Positions 62,771 through 64,000 of a stretch of DNA of 64,000 nucleotides are shown here, piece by piece. The DNA lies in the NCBI RefSeq assembly GCF_963921235.1, contig NC_086109.1, positions 2,666,001-2,730,000 on the forward strand, given 5' to 3'. Positions within the stretch are counted from its first letter, which is position 1. Every line of letters begins with the position of its first letter. Position numbers and translations under genes: made by a program. The notes under the pieces were generated by a model that was given only the letters and a program-made list of their open reading frames with translations, searched no databases and was not told the origin of the DNA. Source of the stretch: Mobula hypostoma. Taxonomy: Eukaryota.

Positions 62771-64000
62771 TTTTTGAATAGAGACCTAGTCTATTACCCA
62801 CACTAGTGACATGTCAGACCCACCACATCAGAAACCAGTCTGGTGAACTTTGTGATAATTCCCCTTCAGCATTCATTTCTCACCCATTATCACAGATTCC
62901 AACATTGTCCCCGCTCCCAGTGTCAGCTGGGGAGATGTGGGGTTCCCAGTTTTCTCTCTCTCCCTCCTTTTTGAAACAGTCTGTAGAAACCATTCCTTAA
63001 ACTGTAGAGTTTGCCAGGTGATAACCAGGAAGTTGAGTAACTCTACTGACACCTTGCCACAGACTCCGGGATGGAGATCATCAGGCCTGTGTCAATTATC
63101 CATTTTCATGATGTTATTTCGTCATTGATGCTGATGGATTTTGTTTCTACACTTGCATTCAACACTTGTGTATCCTGTATTTCTGGCAGGTTTTTGTGTG
63201 TTCCACAAAGACACATAAAAAGCCATGGTTATTTCCTCTACTGTTCCTTCATTCCCCATTACAAATACCCACATCTGTCTGTAAGGGAACTACAGTTGTA
63301 CCTGCTGCTGTGTTTGTTTCATGTCCTGATTCCGGCTCTCACAGTCTGTTCTTAATACCCTTCAACTTTCCTATTTCGCTTTCTTCAACGATATATCTGT
63401 GACCCTTTGCTGTGTTCATAATCAATCTCAATCCTCAGGCTTACGACTCATTCTGCAGGTTAACAACCATTTCTGGCAATGATATCAGGATTTTATTTAT
63501 CATTGTCTCTCACTGCTTCCATGTCCAATTTTGTAATTTGGGCTATTGACAGATCGACAGTCTGTCTGCCAAGAGAGAGAGAAACCCAGCACTTGCACCA
63601 AAAAGGGAGATGACTGTTAACAATTTCCACTCTCTTTCTGCATTCCAGTGCCCCCCACACCCGCCACTTCCTGCCCCCATCATCCACCATTCCAACAGCA
63701 ATTCCCCATCAAGATCTTTACCCATGAAATATCTCCAGACCAGATCCCAGTTCCTGGGTTCGGAGGGGTCCTGAGTCACATGTACTGAATTCCACATCCC
63801 TGCCAATCCTTCCCAATCCTGTGAACAACTGATACCTGTTTCTCAAGCTCTGTTTCCAGAATTAGAAGCAGGATGGTTCTATGGCTGCAGAAAAAGTCAA
63901 TCCTCTGTCCCAAAACCCACCAGTAACCAAACTTTTCTTGCTCTCCATGTCAAACTCGTGTTTTATGAGAGTGTGACAGGAGAGACAGCTTCACTGTGTC

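Noticed and set aside
63493-63690. ORF with 'DLSIAQITKLDMEAV', vaguely like an Ig E-F strand
   Set aside because: Lacks the DxGxY motif, the C-strand Trp spacing and a G strand; no matching exon boundaries.

Overview
Eukaryotic (vertebrate) genomic DNA, about 85-90% transposon-derived, with three sized N gaps (23741-23869, 31521-31680, 60204-60406). The repeat complement (many CR1 LINEs with ATAGAAC/CTTATGGT tails, Rex1/Babar, L1, Tx1, Penelope-type ends, V-SINE, Gypsy LTRs, a 58-bp tandem repeat) suggests a cartilaginous fish, probably a ray; this is inference. The host content is on the minus strand. There are two paralogous 321-bp, phase-1/phase-1 exons encoding cysteine-free Ig V-set domains of CD2/SLAM/CEACAM-N type (14937-15257, 51271-51591). 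A signal-peptide exon (32078-32129) has a RUNX-ETS-RUNX motif upstream, and there is one transmembrane exon (13277-13397). Together these give a predicted ~160-aa single-Ig receptor with an Asn in the TM and a very short tail. The two V domains are only ~45% identical by eye, while their downstream introns are ~85-99% identical. No second TM exon was found, so either gene 2 is incomplete or both V cassettes share one TM exon. TE highlights: a Gypsy provirus with both LTRs and a CTAG TSD that is split by a full-length CR1; four solo LTRs with 4-bp TSDs (one imperfect); CR1 TSDs that overlap the CR1 tail microsatellite; a hammerhead-like motif in a Penelope-type end; and a perfect 36-bp fold-back inside a CR1. 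All calls are from reading the sequence; no database searches were run.
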